Source of the DNA: an uncultured Actinomycetota bacterium
Lineage (GTDB): Bacteria; Actinomycetota; Actinomycetes; JAHEKZ01
Assembly: GCA_963829525.1 (NCBI GenBank)
Contig: CAWHIJ010000003.1
Coordinates: forward strand, 1,184,001-1,248,000
Direction: 5' to 3'
DNA length: 64,000 nucleotides
A model generated the notes under the pieces. The model worked only from the letters and a program-made list of their open reading frames with translations, was not told where the DNA came from and searched no databases. This document shows positions 39,079 to 52,531 of this stretch, piece after piece; within the stretch, counting starts at the first letter, position 1; each line of letters opens with the position of its first letter. The translations under genes and the position numbers were made by a program.

Positions 39079-41594
39079 GGAGTGGACTGCGCGCGCAGCG
39101 AACGGCGGATCCCGTCGGCTCCCTCGAGAAGCAGTCGGCGCAGGGCCGGCGGGGACTCATGGGTAGCCAGGTGGGCCTCGGTGCGGTCGATGATGTCCTG
39201 CTCGATCAGGAACGAGGGGTAGAGGCCGTTCACGAGTGTCTGCGCCGACTCGTTCGTCCTCGTCCGCCAGGCGTCCTCGATCATCGTGAAGTAGCGGTCG
39301 ACGAACACCCTGTTGAGCTCGGCGTGGTCAGGGATGTTGAGGCCAGCAACAGTCGCGTTCAGCAGTGCGTTGGGTAGGTCATCGGACTCGACGACGGCCC
39401 GCCAGGCCCTGTCCTTGGCCTCAACAGTCGGAAGCGCCGCCCGCGCCGCGGCCGCATGGCGCTCCCCGCTAGCGGTGCGGTCTCGCTCAAACTCAGCCTC
39501 GATGCCGTCGACGCCAACGCGTCCGGTGGCCACGAGCCGGTGCACCAGACTCCACCGCAGGTCGGCGTCGAGGGTGAGGCCCTCGAGGACAGGGCCATCG
39601 GTAAGCGTGTTGGTGACGGCATCCAGCTGACTCTCGGTACGCGCAATGCTGACAAAGGCACGGAAGAGAGCGAGCTGCCGGTCGCTCTGCGGCTCTGCGG
39701 CGGCAGACTGCTCTTGCAGGTGCTCGGCGAAGGCCGCCAACGCCTCTTCGCGTTCAGCAGTCGGAGTGAAGAGATACAGCGCTGAGACCGCCTGACGCAC
39801 CACGGCCTGCAGGACGCCGATGTCAGACTCATGGGGCAGGCCGCTGCGCACCAGGGCAACCCAGTCGCGCGCCGGCAGCTCGGCGTCTCGGGTCATGTCC
39901 CAGGCAGCCGTCCAGCAGAGCGCCCTGGCCAGACTGTCGGAGAGGTCGCCGATGTGGTCGACCAAAGTCCTCGCCGACCGCTGGTCGAGCCGGATCTTGG
40001 TGTAGGCCAGATCATCGTCGTTGATCAAGACGAGGTCGGGCTGGGCCATCCCGATCAGTTCGGGGACGGCTGTCCGCTCACCCACGACGTCCAGCTCGAC
40101 GCGGTGGGCGCGCGTCAGCCCACTGCCGTCGAGTTCGTAGAGGCCGACCGCGAGGCGGTGCGACCGGAGAGTCGGGTGCCCGTCCGGAGCGGTCTGGACG
40201 ACATCGAAAGCCGTAAACCGGCCCTCGGCATCGACCTCGAAGTCGACTCGCATGGTGTTGAGGCCGGCGGTCTCCAGCCACTCTTTCGCCCAGCTCGAGA
40301 GGTCGCGGGCGGACGTCTCCTCCAGCGCGGACAGCAGGTCACCCAGCACGGTGTTCCCCCAGGCGTGGCGCTCGAAGTATGAACGCACGCCGGCGTCGAA
40401 CGAATCACGTCCGACCCAGGCGACGAGCTGCTTGAGGACCGACGCCCCTTTCGCATAGGTGATTCCGTCGAAGTTGACCTCGACGTCCTCGATGTCAGTG
40501 ATGTCTGCCGAAATCGGGTGCGTGGAGGGCAGCTGGTCCTGGCGGTAGGCCCAGGTCTTCTCAAGGTTGGCGAACGTGGTCCATGCGTTGGTCCAGTGCG
40601 TAGCCTCGGACATGCAGATCACCGAGGCGTAGGTGGCGAACGACTCGTTCAGCCAGAGGTCGTCCCACCAGCGCATCGTTACGAGGTCGCCGAACCACAT
40701 GTGAGCGAGCTCGTGCAGGATCGTCTCGGCCCGCCGCTCGTAGGCGGCGTCGGTCACCTTCGAGCGGAAGACATAGTCTTCCAGAATCGTGACGGCGCCC
40801 GCGTTCTCCATTGCGCCAGCGTTGAACTCGGGGACGAAGAGCTGGTCATACTTCTCGAAGGGGTAGGGGCGCGCGAAGAGCTCCTCGAAGTAGTCGAAGC
40901 CGCGCTTGGTCACGTCGAAGATCGGCGCGGCATCGAGGTGCTCGGCAAGCGAACGGCGGCAGAAGAGGCCCATTGGGATTCCGCGGTGTTCATCGCGGAC
41001 CACGTGATACGGGCCCGCGACGAGTGCTGTGATGTACGTCGACATGCGCTGCGTGTCTGCGAAGGCCCAGCACGCCGTGCCGGCGGTGACGGCCTCCGGT
41101 GTTGGCGTCGGCGAGTTGGAGACGACCTCCCAGTCGTCTGGCGCAGTGATGGTGAAGGCGAATGCGGCCTTGAGGTCGGGTTGGTCGAAGCACGCGAACA
41201 TGCGACGCGCATCGATCACCTCGAACTGGGTGTAGAGATAGACGGCCTTGTCAACGGGGTCGATGAAGCGGTGCAGTCCCTCGCCGGTGTTCATGTAGGC
41301 GCAGTCGGCGACGACTCGAAGCTCGTTCGATACGTCGAGGTTGGTCAACTCGACGCGAACGCCATCGAAGGCGCTGACGTCGACATCGACACCGTTGAGG
41401 GTGATGGACGTGACGCGGGGAGCGATGAGGTCGACGAACGTTGCTCGGCCTTCCTCAGCGGTGAAGCGGATGGTTGTGTCTGAGCGAAACGTTTGGTCGC
41501 CGGTAGTCAGATCGAGGGCGACGTCGTAGCGATCGACGGCCAGGAGGCTGGCACGCTCGCGGGCTTCGTCACGCGTGAGGTTCTCGCCGGGCAC
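39075..41594 (-). CDS. pepN: Aminopeptidase N
   Basis: PGENLTR start, GAMEN, HELAH...E zinc motif, FDGITYAKG. Confidence 0.97.
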   Translation of the reverse strand: MPGENLTRDEARERASLLAVDRYDVALDLTTGDQTFRSDTTIRFTAEEGRATFVDLIAPRVTSITLNGVDVDVSAFDGVRVELTNLDVSNELRVVADCAYMNTGEGLHRFIDPVDKAVYLYTQFEVIDARRMFACFDQPDLKAAFAFTITAPDDWEVVSNSPTPTPEAVTAGTACWAFADTQRMSTYITALVAGPYHVVRDEHRGIPMGLFCRRSLAEHLDAAPIFDVTKRGFDYFEELFARPYPFEKYDQLFVPEFNAGAMENAGAVTILEDYVFRSKVTDAAYERRAETILHELAHMWFGDLVTMRWWDDLWLNESFATYASVICMSEATHWTNAWTTFANLEKTWAYRQDQLPSTHPISADITDIEDVEVNFDGITYAKGASVLKQLVAWVGRDSFDAGVRSYFERHAWGNTVLGDLLSALEETSARDLSSWAKEWLETAGLNTMRVDFEVDAEGRFTAFDVVQTAPDGHPTLRSHRLAVGLYELDGSGLTRAHRVELDVVGERTAVPELIGMAQPDLVLINDDDLAYTKIRLDQRSARTLVDHIGDLSDSLARALCWTAAWDMTRDAELPARDWVALVRSGLPHESDIGVLQAVVRQAVSALYLFTPTAEREEALAAFAEHLQEQSAAAEPQSDRQLALFRAFVSIARTESQLDAVTNTLTDGPVLEGLTLDADLRWSLVHRLVATGRVGVDGIEAEFERDRTASGERHAAAARAALPTVEAKDRAWRAVVESDDLPNALLNATVAGLNIPDHAELNRVFVDRYFTMIEDAWRTRTNESAQTLVNGLYPSFLIEQDIIDRTEAHLATHESPPALRRLLLEGADGIRRSLRAQSTP

Positions 41595-41775
41595 TCGGCA
41601 CTCCTTCGCAGCAGGTGGGTCGGCGGCCAACGCTACGCCAGACCCCTGGTCGTCGAGGGCTCCCCGTCCGTTCGGGGTTGCCGCAGGGTGGGATGGGTCG
41701 CTCGTGCGCTAGCGTTCCTCGCGTTGTTCATCCCCACAGTCGCCCGTACCGTCGTGTGCTCCCCCTGGAGGCCCC

Positions 41776-42396
41776 GTGACCACCCTCAACCCCCCACTGG
41801 CGCGCCCCGGCACGCTGGCCGACCTGATCCCAGGGTCCGGAGCCGTCGCCATTGCCCGCGATGCTGGCCTGGTCATTGGTGGGGCGGCGCTCACCGGCCT
41901 CGCGGCCCAGATCTCTTTCACGATCCCGTCCATTTCGCCGGTTCCCTACACGTTGCAGACCTTCGCGGTTCTTCTCGTTGGGGCGTCATTCGGTGCCGCC
42001 CGCGGAGCCCTTTCGATGGCGCTGTATCTCGCGACCGGTTTGGCAGGCGTGCCGTGGTTCGCGGCCCAGGCATCTGGGTACGACGCAGCGAAGGCGACGA
42101 TGGGATACCTCGCTGGCTTCATCGTCGCCGCCGCGGTTGTCGGATACCTGTCCAGTCGCGGTAACGATCGCCGCTTCCTGAGCTCCACGGCTGAGATGTT
42201 CCTGGGGAGTTTGATCATCTATGTCGTCGGTGTGCCGGTTCTGATGAATACGCTGAATGTCGATCTGGCGACCGGCCTCGAATACGGCCTCTACCCATTC
42301 GTCATCACCGACACGCTCAAGGTGCTTGCTGCAGCCGGCCTGCTTCCGCTGGCATGGAAGATCGTCACTCGCGTCCGCGGCGACCAGCAGACCTGA
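41776..42396 (+). CDS. bioY: Biotin transporter BioY
   Basis: PVPYTLQTFAV, YL..GLAGVPWFA, T.GYLAGF. Confidence 0.93.
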   Translation: MTTLNPPLARPGTLADLIPGSGAVAIARDAGLVIGGAALTGLAAQISFTIPSISPVPYTLQTFAVLLVGASFGAARGALSMALYLATGLAGVPWFAAQASGYDAAKATMGYLAGFIVAAAVVGYLSSRGNDRRFLSSTAEMFLGSLIIYVVGVPVLMNTLNVDLATGLEYGLYPFVITDTLKVLAAAGLLPLAWKIVTRVRGDQQT

Positions 42397-42863
42397 TGCG
42401 AGTGCACATCGGCTGCGACCACGCGGGGCTCGACACCAAGAAGTTCCTCGTCGCCGCGCTGATCGAGCGGGGCCACCAGGTCGTCGACCACGGACCGTAC
42501 GAGTACGACGCCCACGACGACTACCCACCCTTCTGTCTGGCGACCGGTGCGGGTGTCGTCGCTGACCCCGGCAGCTTCGGGATCGTGCTGGGTGGGTCTG
42601 GCAACGGTGAGCAGATAGCCGCAAACAAGGTTGACGGCGTTCGTGCCGCCCTGGTGTGGAGCCAGGAAATCGCCATCCTCGCTCGCGAGCACAACGACGC
42701 CAACGTGATCTCGATCGGCGCCCGCATGCACTCAGAGGCCGAGGTTCTCTCCTTCATCGAGGTCTTTCTCTCGACGCGCTTCAGCGGTGACGATCGCCAT
42801 GTCCGCAGGATCGGGCAGCTTGCGGAGTACGAGCGCACCGGGGAGGTGACACCGACGGGCTGA
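42396..42863 (+). CDS. rpiB: Ribose-5-phosphate isomerase B
   Basis: DHAG, DDYP, GGSGNGEQIAANKV, AREHNDAN, RHVRRI. Confidence 0.96.
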   Translation: MRVHIGCDHAGLDTKKFLVAALIERGHQVVDHGPYEYDAHDDYPPFCLATGAGVVADPGSFGIVLGGSGNGEQIAANKVDGVRAALVWSQEIAILAREHNDANVISIGARMHSEAEVLSFIEVFLSTRFSGDDRHVRRIGQLAEYERTGEVTPTG

Positions 42864-42891
42864 TCCGGTCGTCATGGGGCAGTCTGGTCCC

Positions 42892-43683
42892 ATGCCAGAG
42901 GGTCACACCATCCACCGCGTTGCGGGTCAACACCGGACGCGGTTCGTCGGCGGGCCGGTGTCGGTCACCAGTCCGCAAGGGCGGTTCCTGGACGCTGACA
43001 GGCTCGACGGTCGCGAACTCAAGGCAGTCGAGGCGTACGGCAAGCATCTGCTTTACGAGTTCGACGGACGCCGCTACGTCCACGTCCACCTCGGCCTGTT
43101 CGGCAAGGTGCGGACCGCCGATCAACCCGCACCTCCGGCTCGCGCCACCGTGCGGATGCGCCTGGCCGTCGCAGACTGGTACGCAGATCTCGTTGGACCA
43201 ACACGATGTCGGCTCATCGACGGCGACCAACGCGCCATGCTTCTGGCACGACTCGGGCCTGACCCGCTTCGACGTGGCGCTGACCCCGCATTGGCGTGGC
43301 GGCGGATCCAGGTCAGCCGGCAACCGATTGCGGCGCTGCTGATGGACCAGAGGGTGGTCGCCGGAATCGGCAACGTCTACCGCGCCGAGCTTCTCTTCCG
43401 TGCGGGGCTCGACCCGTACCGCATTGGCGTCGACGTTCCAGAGGCAACCTGGCGCGGCATCTGGGACGACGCTCGCGCTCTTATGCGGGCTGGCGTGCGG
43501 AGTGGCCGCATCATCACCACGGACCATGCCGACCGCGAGTCCCTGAGCCGAGTTGTGCGCAAGTCGGACGCGCACTACGTCTATCTGCGAACGGGGCGAT
43601 GGTGTCGTCGTTGCCGCACGAATGTGAGAGCTGCAGACCTGGCTGGCCGCACGCTCTACTGGTGCCCGACCTGCCAGACCTAG
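42892..43683 (+). CDS. nei: Fpg/Nei-family DNA glycosylase
   Basis: MPEGHT start, GKHL, HLGLFG, AGIGNVYRAE, C-terminal CxxC...CPTCQ. Confidence 0.93.
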   Translation: MPEGHTIHRVAGQHRTRFVGGPVSVTSPQGRFLDADRLDGRELKAVEAYGKHLLYEFDGRRYVHVHLGLFGKVRTADQPAPPARATVRMRLAVADWYADLVGPTRCRLIDGDQRAMLLARLGPDPLRRGADPALAWRRIQVSRQPIAALLMDQRVVAGIGNVYRAELLFRAGLDPYRIGVDVPEATWRGIWDDARALMRAGVRSGRIITTDHADRESLSRVVRKSDAHYVYLRTGRWCRRCRTNVRAADLAGRTLYWCPTCQT

Positions 43684-43686
43684 CCC

Positions 43687-44931
43687 TCAGAAGATGAACG
43701 GGCAGTAGGGGGGGATCTCTGTTCGCAAGGCGGCGTCCAGTGACGAGATCGCGCCCGGACGAAGCTCTTCAACCCACCCGGCATCGGCGAACTCACGCAA
43801 AGTCGCGTCACCGAGGTAGGACGCTCCGAGCAGCCTGATGTCGAGCGCGACGTCGGCTGGATCCTTGGTCCGTGCACACGTTGCACCCATGGGGCTTCCC
43901 GCAATACGCCAGCGGCCCGCGTTCTCGGGGAATCGGTTGTCGGTGACATCTATGACCACGTCGCACTCGGTGCTGAGGGTGCGTGACGCGATCGCGGGCG
44001 GCAGGTCGAGCACGCGCACGTGCAGTGCATCCTCGAACTGTCGGGTGGCATGTCGCGGGTACTCCAGCCAGAGCTGGATCGGATCATCGATGGGGGCGTT
44101 GAACCATTTGACCGTCGCCATCAGGTCAAAGGTGAGTGCGTAACGCCACAGAGCTGCATGCGCTGCTGGATCGCTGCTCATCAAACGGTAGATGTTGAAG
44201 ATGCCGTTGTCGTGCGAGTCGGTCCACTCGGGCTTGAAGGTGTACCGCATGAATCCGCGGACTCCGGAGTCGTCTTCGGCGACAACGGTGTAGAGAGAGC
44301 TGGCCCCGTGACGGCTCGAAGGCGGATCCCAGGTCTGACGCTGGTGCCAGCGTTCATCAATCGCCGGGACGCCTCCTCGTGAGGCACGAGCCGCATCGTA
44401 GATCGGCTGCGTGACTGAGAAGTCGTCGCCAGCGTTGATCATGCGGAGTCGAATCGAGTTGTCCGCTGGAGCATCCCTCAAAGAACCGTGCGTCCTCTTG
44501 ATCTCGGTGAAAAGCCGCCGGGTGGCGCGGCCGTAGCCAAAGCGCGGATAAATCGCCGTCTCTGCGGCCCACAGCGCGGCGATCGGCTCGTTGCGGCTCA
44601 GCCCGTCCGCGTGCAGGTTGTCCAACATCGCCGTCATGACACCGCGTCGCCTGTGCGTGGGGCGAACACCAATGAACGTCACGCCGGCCGTCGGTACCGA
44701 TCCCCCCGGTACACTGACTTCGAGGGCGAAGTTGGCCGATACCCCGACGACCTGCCCGGCCTCCCAGGCCAGAAAGGTTCGATCGTCGTCGAGCACGCCG
44801 AAGATCGGTGAGCCGATCTCCTCATCAGAAAACCCCTCGCCAAAAGCGGTTTCGTCCACTTCAGCGATCTTCCGAATGGCTGCCTCGCGGTCGGCAAAGC
44901 CTTCGAGGTAGTTCTTGATCTCCACAGACAT
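43687..44931 (-). CDS. Eis-like GNAT acetyltransferase
   Basis: VRPTHRRRG, ALWAAE..IYPRFGYG, C-terminal SCP2-like domain, PYCPFIF. Confidence 0.92.
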   Translation of the reverse strand: MSVEIKNYLEGFADREAAIRKIAEVDETAFGEGFSDEEIGSPIFGVLDDDRTFLAWEAGQVVGVSANFALEVSVPGGSVPTAGVTFIGVRPTHRRRGVMTAMLDNLHADGLSRNEPIAALWAAETAIYPRFGYGRATRRLFTEIKRTHGSLRDAPADNSIRLRMINAGDDFSVTQPIYDAARASRGGVPAIDERWHQRQTWDPPSSRHGASSLYTVVAEDDSGVRGFMRYTFKPEWTDSHDNGIFNIYRLMSSDPAAHAALWRYALTFDLMATVKWFNAPIDDPIQLWLEYPRHATRQFEDALHVRVLDLPPAIASRTLSTECDVVIDVTDNRFPENAGRWRIAGSPMGATCARTKDPADVALDIRLLGASYLGDATLREFADAGWVEELRPGAISSLDAALRTEIPPYCPFIF

Positions 44932-45005
44932 GCCCCCTGCCTACCACCGCGAGCATCCGTTCGGCCATTGGTTTAGCGGCGTGCAGACCCCTAAGGTCAG
45001 GGCTC

Positions 45006-45527
45006 ATGACGTGGACTGCACCGCCGATCGACCGCCGCGACCTTCCGGCCGAGGGCGACGAACGCTCCCTGCTGAACGCGTTCCTTGAGTTTCACCGCGA
45101 GACGCTCCTCTGGAAGTGCTCGGGACTGACCGGTGAGCAGCTGGCCCTGCGATCGGTACCCACGTCAACGATGTCGCTCCTCGGTCTGATTCGACACATG
45201 ACCGATGTGGAGCGCTACTGGTTCAGGGAAGTGGTGGGCAGCGAGGATGTGAAGTCCCTTTACTGGGGACAGCCTGACCGCGACTCCGACTTCGACGACA
45301 TCAGCACTGAAGACGCCGAACTCGACTTCGTCGCCTACCTAGAGGAGATGGAAGCCTGCCGGCTGATCCAGAGTGACGTCGACTTGGATTCGATGGTGGC
45401 TGACCGCAGGAACGGTGACCGAAACTCCTTCCGTTGGGTGATGGTTCACATGATCGAGGAGTACGCCCGCCACAACGGTCACGCTGACCTCTTCCGTGAG
45501 GCGATCGACGGCGAAGTGGGGGAGTAG
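45006..45527 (+). CDS. DinB/DUF664 family protein (mycothiol-transferase-like)
   Basis: SLLGLIRHM..VERYWF, HMIEEYARHNGHAD...E.IDG. Confidence 0.92.
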   Translation: MTWTAPPIDRRDLPAEGDERSLLNAFLEFHRETLLWKCSGLTGEQLALRSVPTSTMSLLGLIRHMTDVERYWFREVVGSEDVKSLYWGQPDRDSDFDDISTEDAELDFVAYLEEMEACRLIQSDVDLDSMVADRRNGDRNSFRWVMVHMIEEYARHNGHADLFREAIDGEVGE

Positions 45528-45584
45528 CCCCGCTGAGGACCTTGGCCACTGGGCATCCGCTGGGGCCATGGCGATGCTGAGTGC

Positions 45585-46997
45585 ATGAGCAGTGGGATCC
45601 CGCAAGGCACGATGACGCTCTCGTTCTATGGCGCGACTGGGACAGTGACCGGAAGCCGGTTCCTCGTTCGGACGCCGTCAGCACAGGTTCTCGTCGACGC
45701 CGGGCTCTACCAGGGTTTGCGGGCGCTGCGTCGGCGCAACTGGGACCCGGTGCCGTTCCAGTGCGAAGACCTTGATGCGGTAGTCATCAGTCACGCGCAT
45801 CTGGACCACAGCGGTTACCTACCGGTGCTGGGGCGGTCGGGGCTCTCGGCACCCATCTTCGCTAGTCGGGATACAACGCGGTTGGCCGAACTGGTGCTTC
45901 GAGACAGCGCCAAGCTTCAGGAGGAGGACGCTGCGTATGCGTCGAAGAAGGGGTTCTCCAAGCATGCGACACCGAAGCCGCTCTATGACGGACGTGATGT
46001 GGACCGGGTGCTGTCAAACTTCGTCGAGCTCGACTTCGACGATGAGCAGATCGTCGGCGACGACCTGTCACTTCGGCTGCGACCAGCTGGCCACATCCTG
46101 GGGTCTGCGTCGGTGCTTTTGGAGTCTGCACACGGATCTATCGCTTTCAGCGGTGATCTCGGTCGCGACCATCACCCGCTGCTACGCCCGCCTGAACCGC
46201 CCCCTCGGGTCGACACGCTCGTCATCGAGTCCACCTACGGCAACCGGAGACACCCAACTTCTGGGACCGAGCAGCTGGCGGACGTAGTACGCCGAACGGT
46301 TGGGCGCGGAGGCGTCGTGGTCATTCCCGCGTTCGCCGTGGACCGAACCGAGGTGTTGCTGGTCGCCTTAGGTCGGCTGCTCAAGGATGGAGTGATCCCA
46401 CCGGTGCCGATCTTCCTCGACAGCCCGATGGCGCTCAAGGCCCTGGACATCTACCGCGACGCACTTCGCATGGGTCGCCGCGATGTCAGGGACGAGGTCG
46501 CAGGGTTGCTCGATGTTGCCGGACTCCGTGAGGCACGCACGTCCACCGAATCCAAGGAGCTCAACGAACCCGGTGGCCCATGCATCATCATCTCTGCCTC
46601 CGGAATGGCAAGTGGTGGTCGTGTGGTGCACCACCTGAAGTACCTGTTGCCACACGATCGGAACAGCGTGGTCCTCGTCGGCTACCAGGCCGTCGGCACC
46701 AGGGGACGTGATCTTGCCGATGGTGCGTCGAGCCTGAAGATGCACGGTCGCTACATTCCGGTACGCGCCGAGGTGACCCAGATTGACGGCTTCTCGGTGC
46801 ATGCCGACGGCGACGAGCTGCTTGCCTGGGCGTCGGCCATCGTGGAGCCACCATCGACTACCTACGTGGTGCACGGTGAGCCGGAGGCATCAGCGGTCTT
46901 GGCACAGAGGTTCCGTGATGAGCTGCACTGGAATGCTGTCGTGCCACGCGACGGTGAGACCGTCCGGATCGACCGATCACCGGGCCGAGCTGGGTGA
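45585..46997 (+). CDS. Metallo-beta-lactamase / beta-CASP ribonuclease-like protein
   Basis: VTGS, SHAHLDHSG, AGHILGS, ESTYG, SASGM..GGR, FSVHAD, VHGE. Confidence 0.93.
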   Translation: MSSGIPQGTMTLSFYGATGTVTGSRFLVRTPSAQVLVDAGLYQGLRALRRRNWDPVPFQCEDLDAVVISHAHLDHSGYLPVLGRSGLSAPIFASRDTTRLAELVLRDSAKLQEEDAAYASKKGFSKHATPKPLYDGRDVDRVLSNFVELDFDDEQIVGDDLSLRLRPAGHILGSASVLLESAHGSIAFSGDLGRDHHPLLRPPEPPPRVDTLVIESTYGNRRHPTSGTEQLADVVRRTVGRGGVVVIPAFAVDRTEVLLVALGRLLKDGVIPPVPIFLDSPMALKALDIYRDALRMGRRDVRDEVAGLLDVAGLREARTSTESKELNEPGGPCIIISASGMASGGRVVHHLKYLLPHDRNSVVLVGYQAVGTRGRDLADGASSLKMHGRYIPVRAEVTQIDGFSVHADGDELLAWASAIVEPPSTTYVVHGEPEASAVLAQRFRDELHWNAVVPRDGETVRIDRSPGRAG

Positions 46998-47122
46998 ACG
47001 ACTGGGTGAACAAAGTGCTGCCCTAACGGCACTTAGTGCACCCGGTACGCCGACGAGGCACCCTGCGGCCCGATCAAGCCGAGCTCGCAAGGTGCCTCGC
47101 ACCGTCGCTGACTGCTCCAAGA

Positions 47123-49805
<2,683 letters not shown>

Positions 49806-49820
49806 GCTTCGACCCTACCC

Positions 49821-49843
49821 ATTTTCTGGAATCAGTCAAGATT
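49821..49843 (-). promoter_or_regulatory. FurA operator
   Basis: Minus strand AATCTTGACTGATTCCAGAAAAT, close to the recalled mycobacterial FurA site upstream of furA; AT-rich and 16 nt before the start. Confidence 0.75.
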
Positions 49844-49949
49844 TGTCGGTGAGACTCGGGAAAGGGCGTGCTCCCCGCTCAGCGCCCATGGCATCGCCGC
49901 TAGGCTCTCGGCACCTCGCCCGGTGGCGTAACTCATGGAGGAGCTCCTG

Positions 49950-51235
49950 ATGTCCGATCCAGCAACGACCGAGTTGACCGCGGCCCCCGGTGCGCAGACT
50001 CACGGCGGCAAGGGGCGTCGGGCCGTGGCGGTCATCTGTCGTGGTCTTGGCAATCTTGTTGACCACCCCCGCGGCCCTTGCCTACTGGGGGCAGCGCACG
50101 CTCAACGACACCCAGCGCTATCTGGACACGGTCGGGCCGCTTGTCGAGTCGCCAGAGGTGCAGGATGCCATTGCCACGACTGTCACCAATGCCATTCAGC
50201 AGCAGGTTGACGTCGAGGCGCTTCTCAACGATGCGTTCGCCGGCGTGATCCAGGACCGGCCCCGCCTGCAGTTGTTGGTCGGACCGTTGGCTGGCGCCGT
50301 CAACGGTCTGATCGAGCGAGAGGTCAACGACTTCATTGCCTCTGACACGTTCGCCGATCTTTGGGTCACCGCCAATGCCAGGGCCCAGCAGGCGCTGGTG
50401 CGACTCCTGAAGGGTGACGAGAGCGGCGCAGTCACGTTGCAGGGTGACCAGGTTGTCCTCGACGTCGGTGACGTCATCGATCAGGTGAAGGAGCGTCTCG
50501 TCGCACGCGGACTCACCTTCGTGGAGAACGCTCCGATCCCCGACGTGGACAAGCAGATCGTGCTGCTGGATGCTCCACAGCTGAGGCAGCTGCGCACGAT
50601 CTACGCGTTTTCGAATCCCGTGGCCCAATGGCTCATCGTGGTCGTCGCTTTGCTCTACCTCGCCGCGTTCATCCTTTCGCGCCGTAGGCCTCGAATGACC
50701 GGAATCATCGGGGTAGGCCTGCTCGGGAACGCGTTGTTGGTGGGCTTTGCCCTTTCGGTCGGGCGCCAGCTGTTCATCAACGAGCTGTCGGGAACTGTGT
50801 TCGGTCCGGCCAGCTCGGTCTTCTACGACACGTTGCTCGCCTACCTCGAGCGTGGTTGGCACGTGCTGGCGTGGCTGGGCGTGATTCTGGTCGCCGCCGG
50901 CTGGTTCGCCGGTTCGAACGGGTCGGGTACCGGTACGCGCTCGGCGGTCTGTAGCGGCCTAGAAACTGCCGGTGCAAGCCTGCCCGCTGACAAGTTCAGC
51001 GCAGTCGGTCGATGGTCAAAGGCAAACGCACTTTGGGTGCGCTACGTCGTGCTGGCACTCGGTGTCGTGATCTTGATGTGGGGCAACAACGTCTCGCCGT
51101 CGCGGCTGCTTTGGTCAACAGTGAGCGTTCTCGCGGTGCTGGCAGTTCTGCAGGTCGCTCGTTGGAGCGGCCTCCGCCGAGAAGGCTGGGGTCGAGTCTG
51201 ACCAGCAGCCAGAACCAGTTGGTGCCCCTCAGTAG
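49950..51235 (+). pseudogene. Integral membrane protein with large extracytoplasmic helical domain; two +1 indels
   Basis: DTQRYLDTVGPL...VQ, F..LW..AN..A; breaks near 50039 and 51156; corrected length 427 aa. Confidence 0.75.
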
Positions 51236-51269
51236 GTGAGCCTGGTGCTTCGTCCTCGTACGTGTCGGC

Positions 51270-52502
51270 TCACTCCGTGGCTTCGGTGTGGGCGATCGCC
51301 GGCAGCTGGCGCCACACCAGGGCCAGCGTTACGGCTGACCCCACGAACGCGAACCAGAAAGGTGCCGTCAGACCCCAAGTCTCGGCTATCCAACCTCCGA
51401 GGCCCTGCCCGATAACAACGCCACCGATAACGCAGACCATGTAGACGCTGCCGACCCGGCCTTGAAGCTCCATGGGGGTTGCGCGCTGCCGCACCGTCTG
51501 GGAGACCGCACCCCACACGAACGCGTAGGCGCCAAAGACGAACATGAGCACCATCGCGACGTTCCCGCTGTTGGTGAGTGCAAAGCCGAGGTGCGAAAGG
51601 ACCTCCAGCAGCAGACAGACCCGCATCACGTTTCCCAGATCAAACCGCCGCTCGATTCGGCCGTACAGGACCGTGCTGAGCAGGCCACCGACTGCTGCTG
51701 ATGTTGTGAGGAGTCCGAACCCCACCTCTGTCATGTTCAGATGGTCGAGTGCATACAAGACCAGTACCGCCCAGGCGGCACCCCATGTGATGTTGAACGC
51801 GACAATGACCACTGCGAGAGTCCGTACCGCAGCGTGGTTGACCAACCACCGCACACCTTCGGCGATGTCTTGCAGGACATGGGTGTCACGGAGTTCCCGC
51901 ACCGGACCCTTGGGCGTGGCGATCCGGGCAACGAGAAGGACCGAGAGTGCTACGAGCACGGCCTGAGTGACAAAGGGAGCGGCCATTCCGATGGCGAATA
52001 GGAAGGCGCCAATTGGTGGGCCAACCACTTGGTTGCCCACGAGGAATCCAGCCTGTAACCGGGCGTTCCCAAGGCCCAGATCGCGGTGATCGACCACCAT
52101 CGGAAGCAGTGTCTGCGATGGAGTGTCAACAAACACCTCGGCGACGCCCAGCAGCAGCATCGCGGCGAGAACTGCGCCGACGTTGAACACGCCGGTGACG
52201 ATGACGACGCTGAGACCCATGAGCACCACACCGCGCAAGCTGTCGGCGATCATGACCATCCGGCGCCGGTCGACTCGGTCGGCGAGCGCCCCCGCGTATA
52301 GACCGAGGAAGAGCCACGGAACCCGCAGCAACAACGCAGCCATTGCCACAAGAATTGCGTTGTCGGTTTGCGAGGCCACCAGCAAAGGGCCAGCAGCCAG
52401 GGCGATTCCGTCCCCAACGTTGCTGACGTACGTGGCGCTGAGCAGCCACCGAAAACTGCGACCCATCCGCGGAGGTGCGATTCGATCAAACATGTCGCGC
52501 AC
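51270..52502 (-). CDS. MFS transporter
   Basis: GALADRVDRRR motif A, about 12 TM, ELQGRV. Confidence 0.93.
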   Translation of the reverse strand: MRDMFDRIAPPRMGRSFRWLLSATYVSNVGDGIALAAGPLLVASQTDNAILVAMAALLLRVPWLFLGLYAGALADRVDRRRMVMIADSLRGVVLMGLSVVIVTGVFNVGAVLAAMLLLGVAEVFVDTPSQTLLPMVVDHRDLGLGNARLQAGFLVGNQVVGPPIGAFLFAIGMAAPFVTQAVLVALSVLLVARIATPKGPVRELRDTHVLQDIAEGVRWLVNHAAVRTLAVVIVAFNITWGAAWAVLVLYALDHLNMTEVGFGLLTTSAAVGGLLSTVLYGRIERRFDLGNVMRVCLLLEVLSHLGFALTNSGNVAMVLMFVFGAYAFVWGAVSQTVRQRATPMELQGRVGSVYMVCVIGGVVIGQGLGGWIAETWGLTAPFWFAFVGSAVTLALVWRQLPAIAHTEATE

Positions 52503-52531
52503 CTTCCATTCCCACCTCGTCGCCCGGTGGG

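Noticed and set aside
41630-41776. Possible riboswitch or attenuator upstream of bioY
   Set aside because: Only weak pairing potential and no recognisable aptamer consensus.
45585-46997. beta-CASP nuclease as an anti-phage system
   Set aside because: Widespread stand-alone family; no defence-associated partners adjacent.
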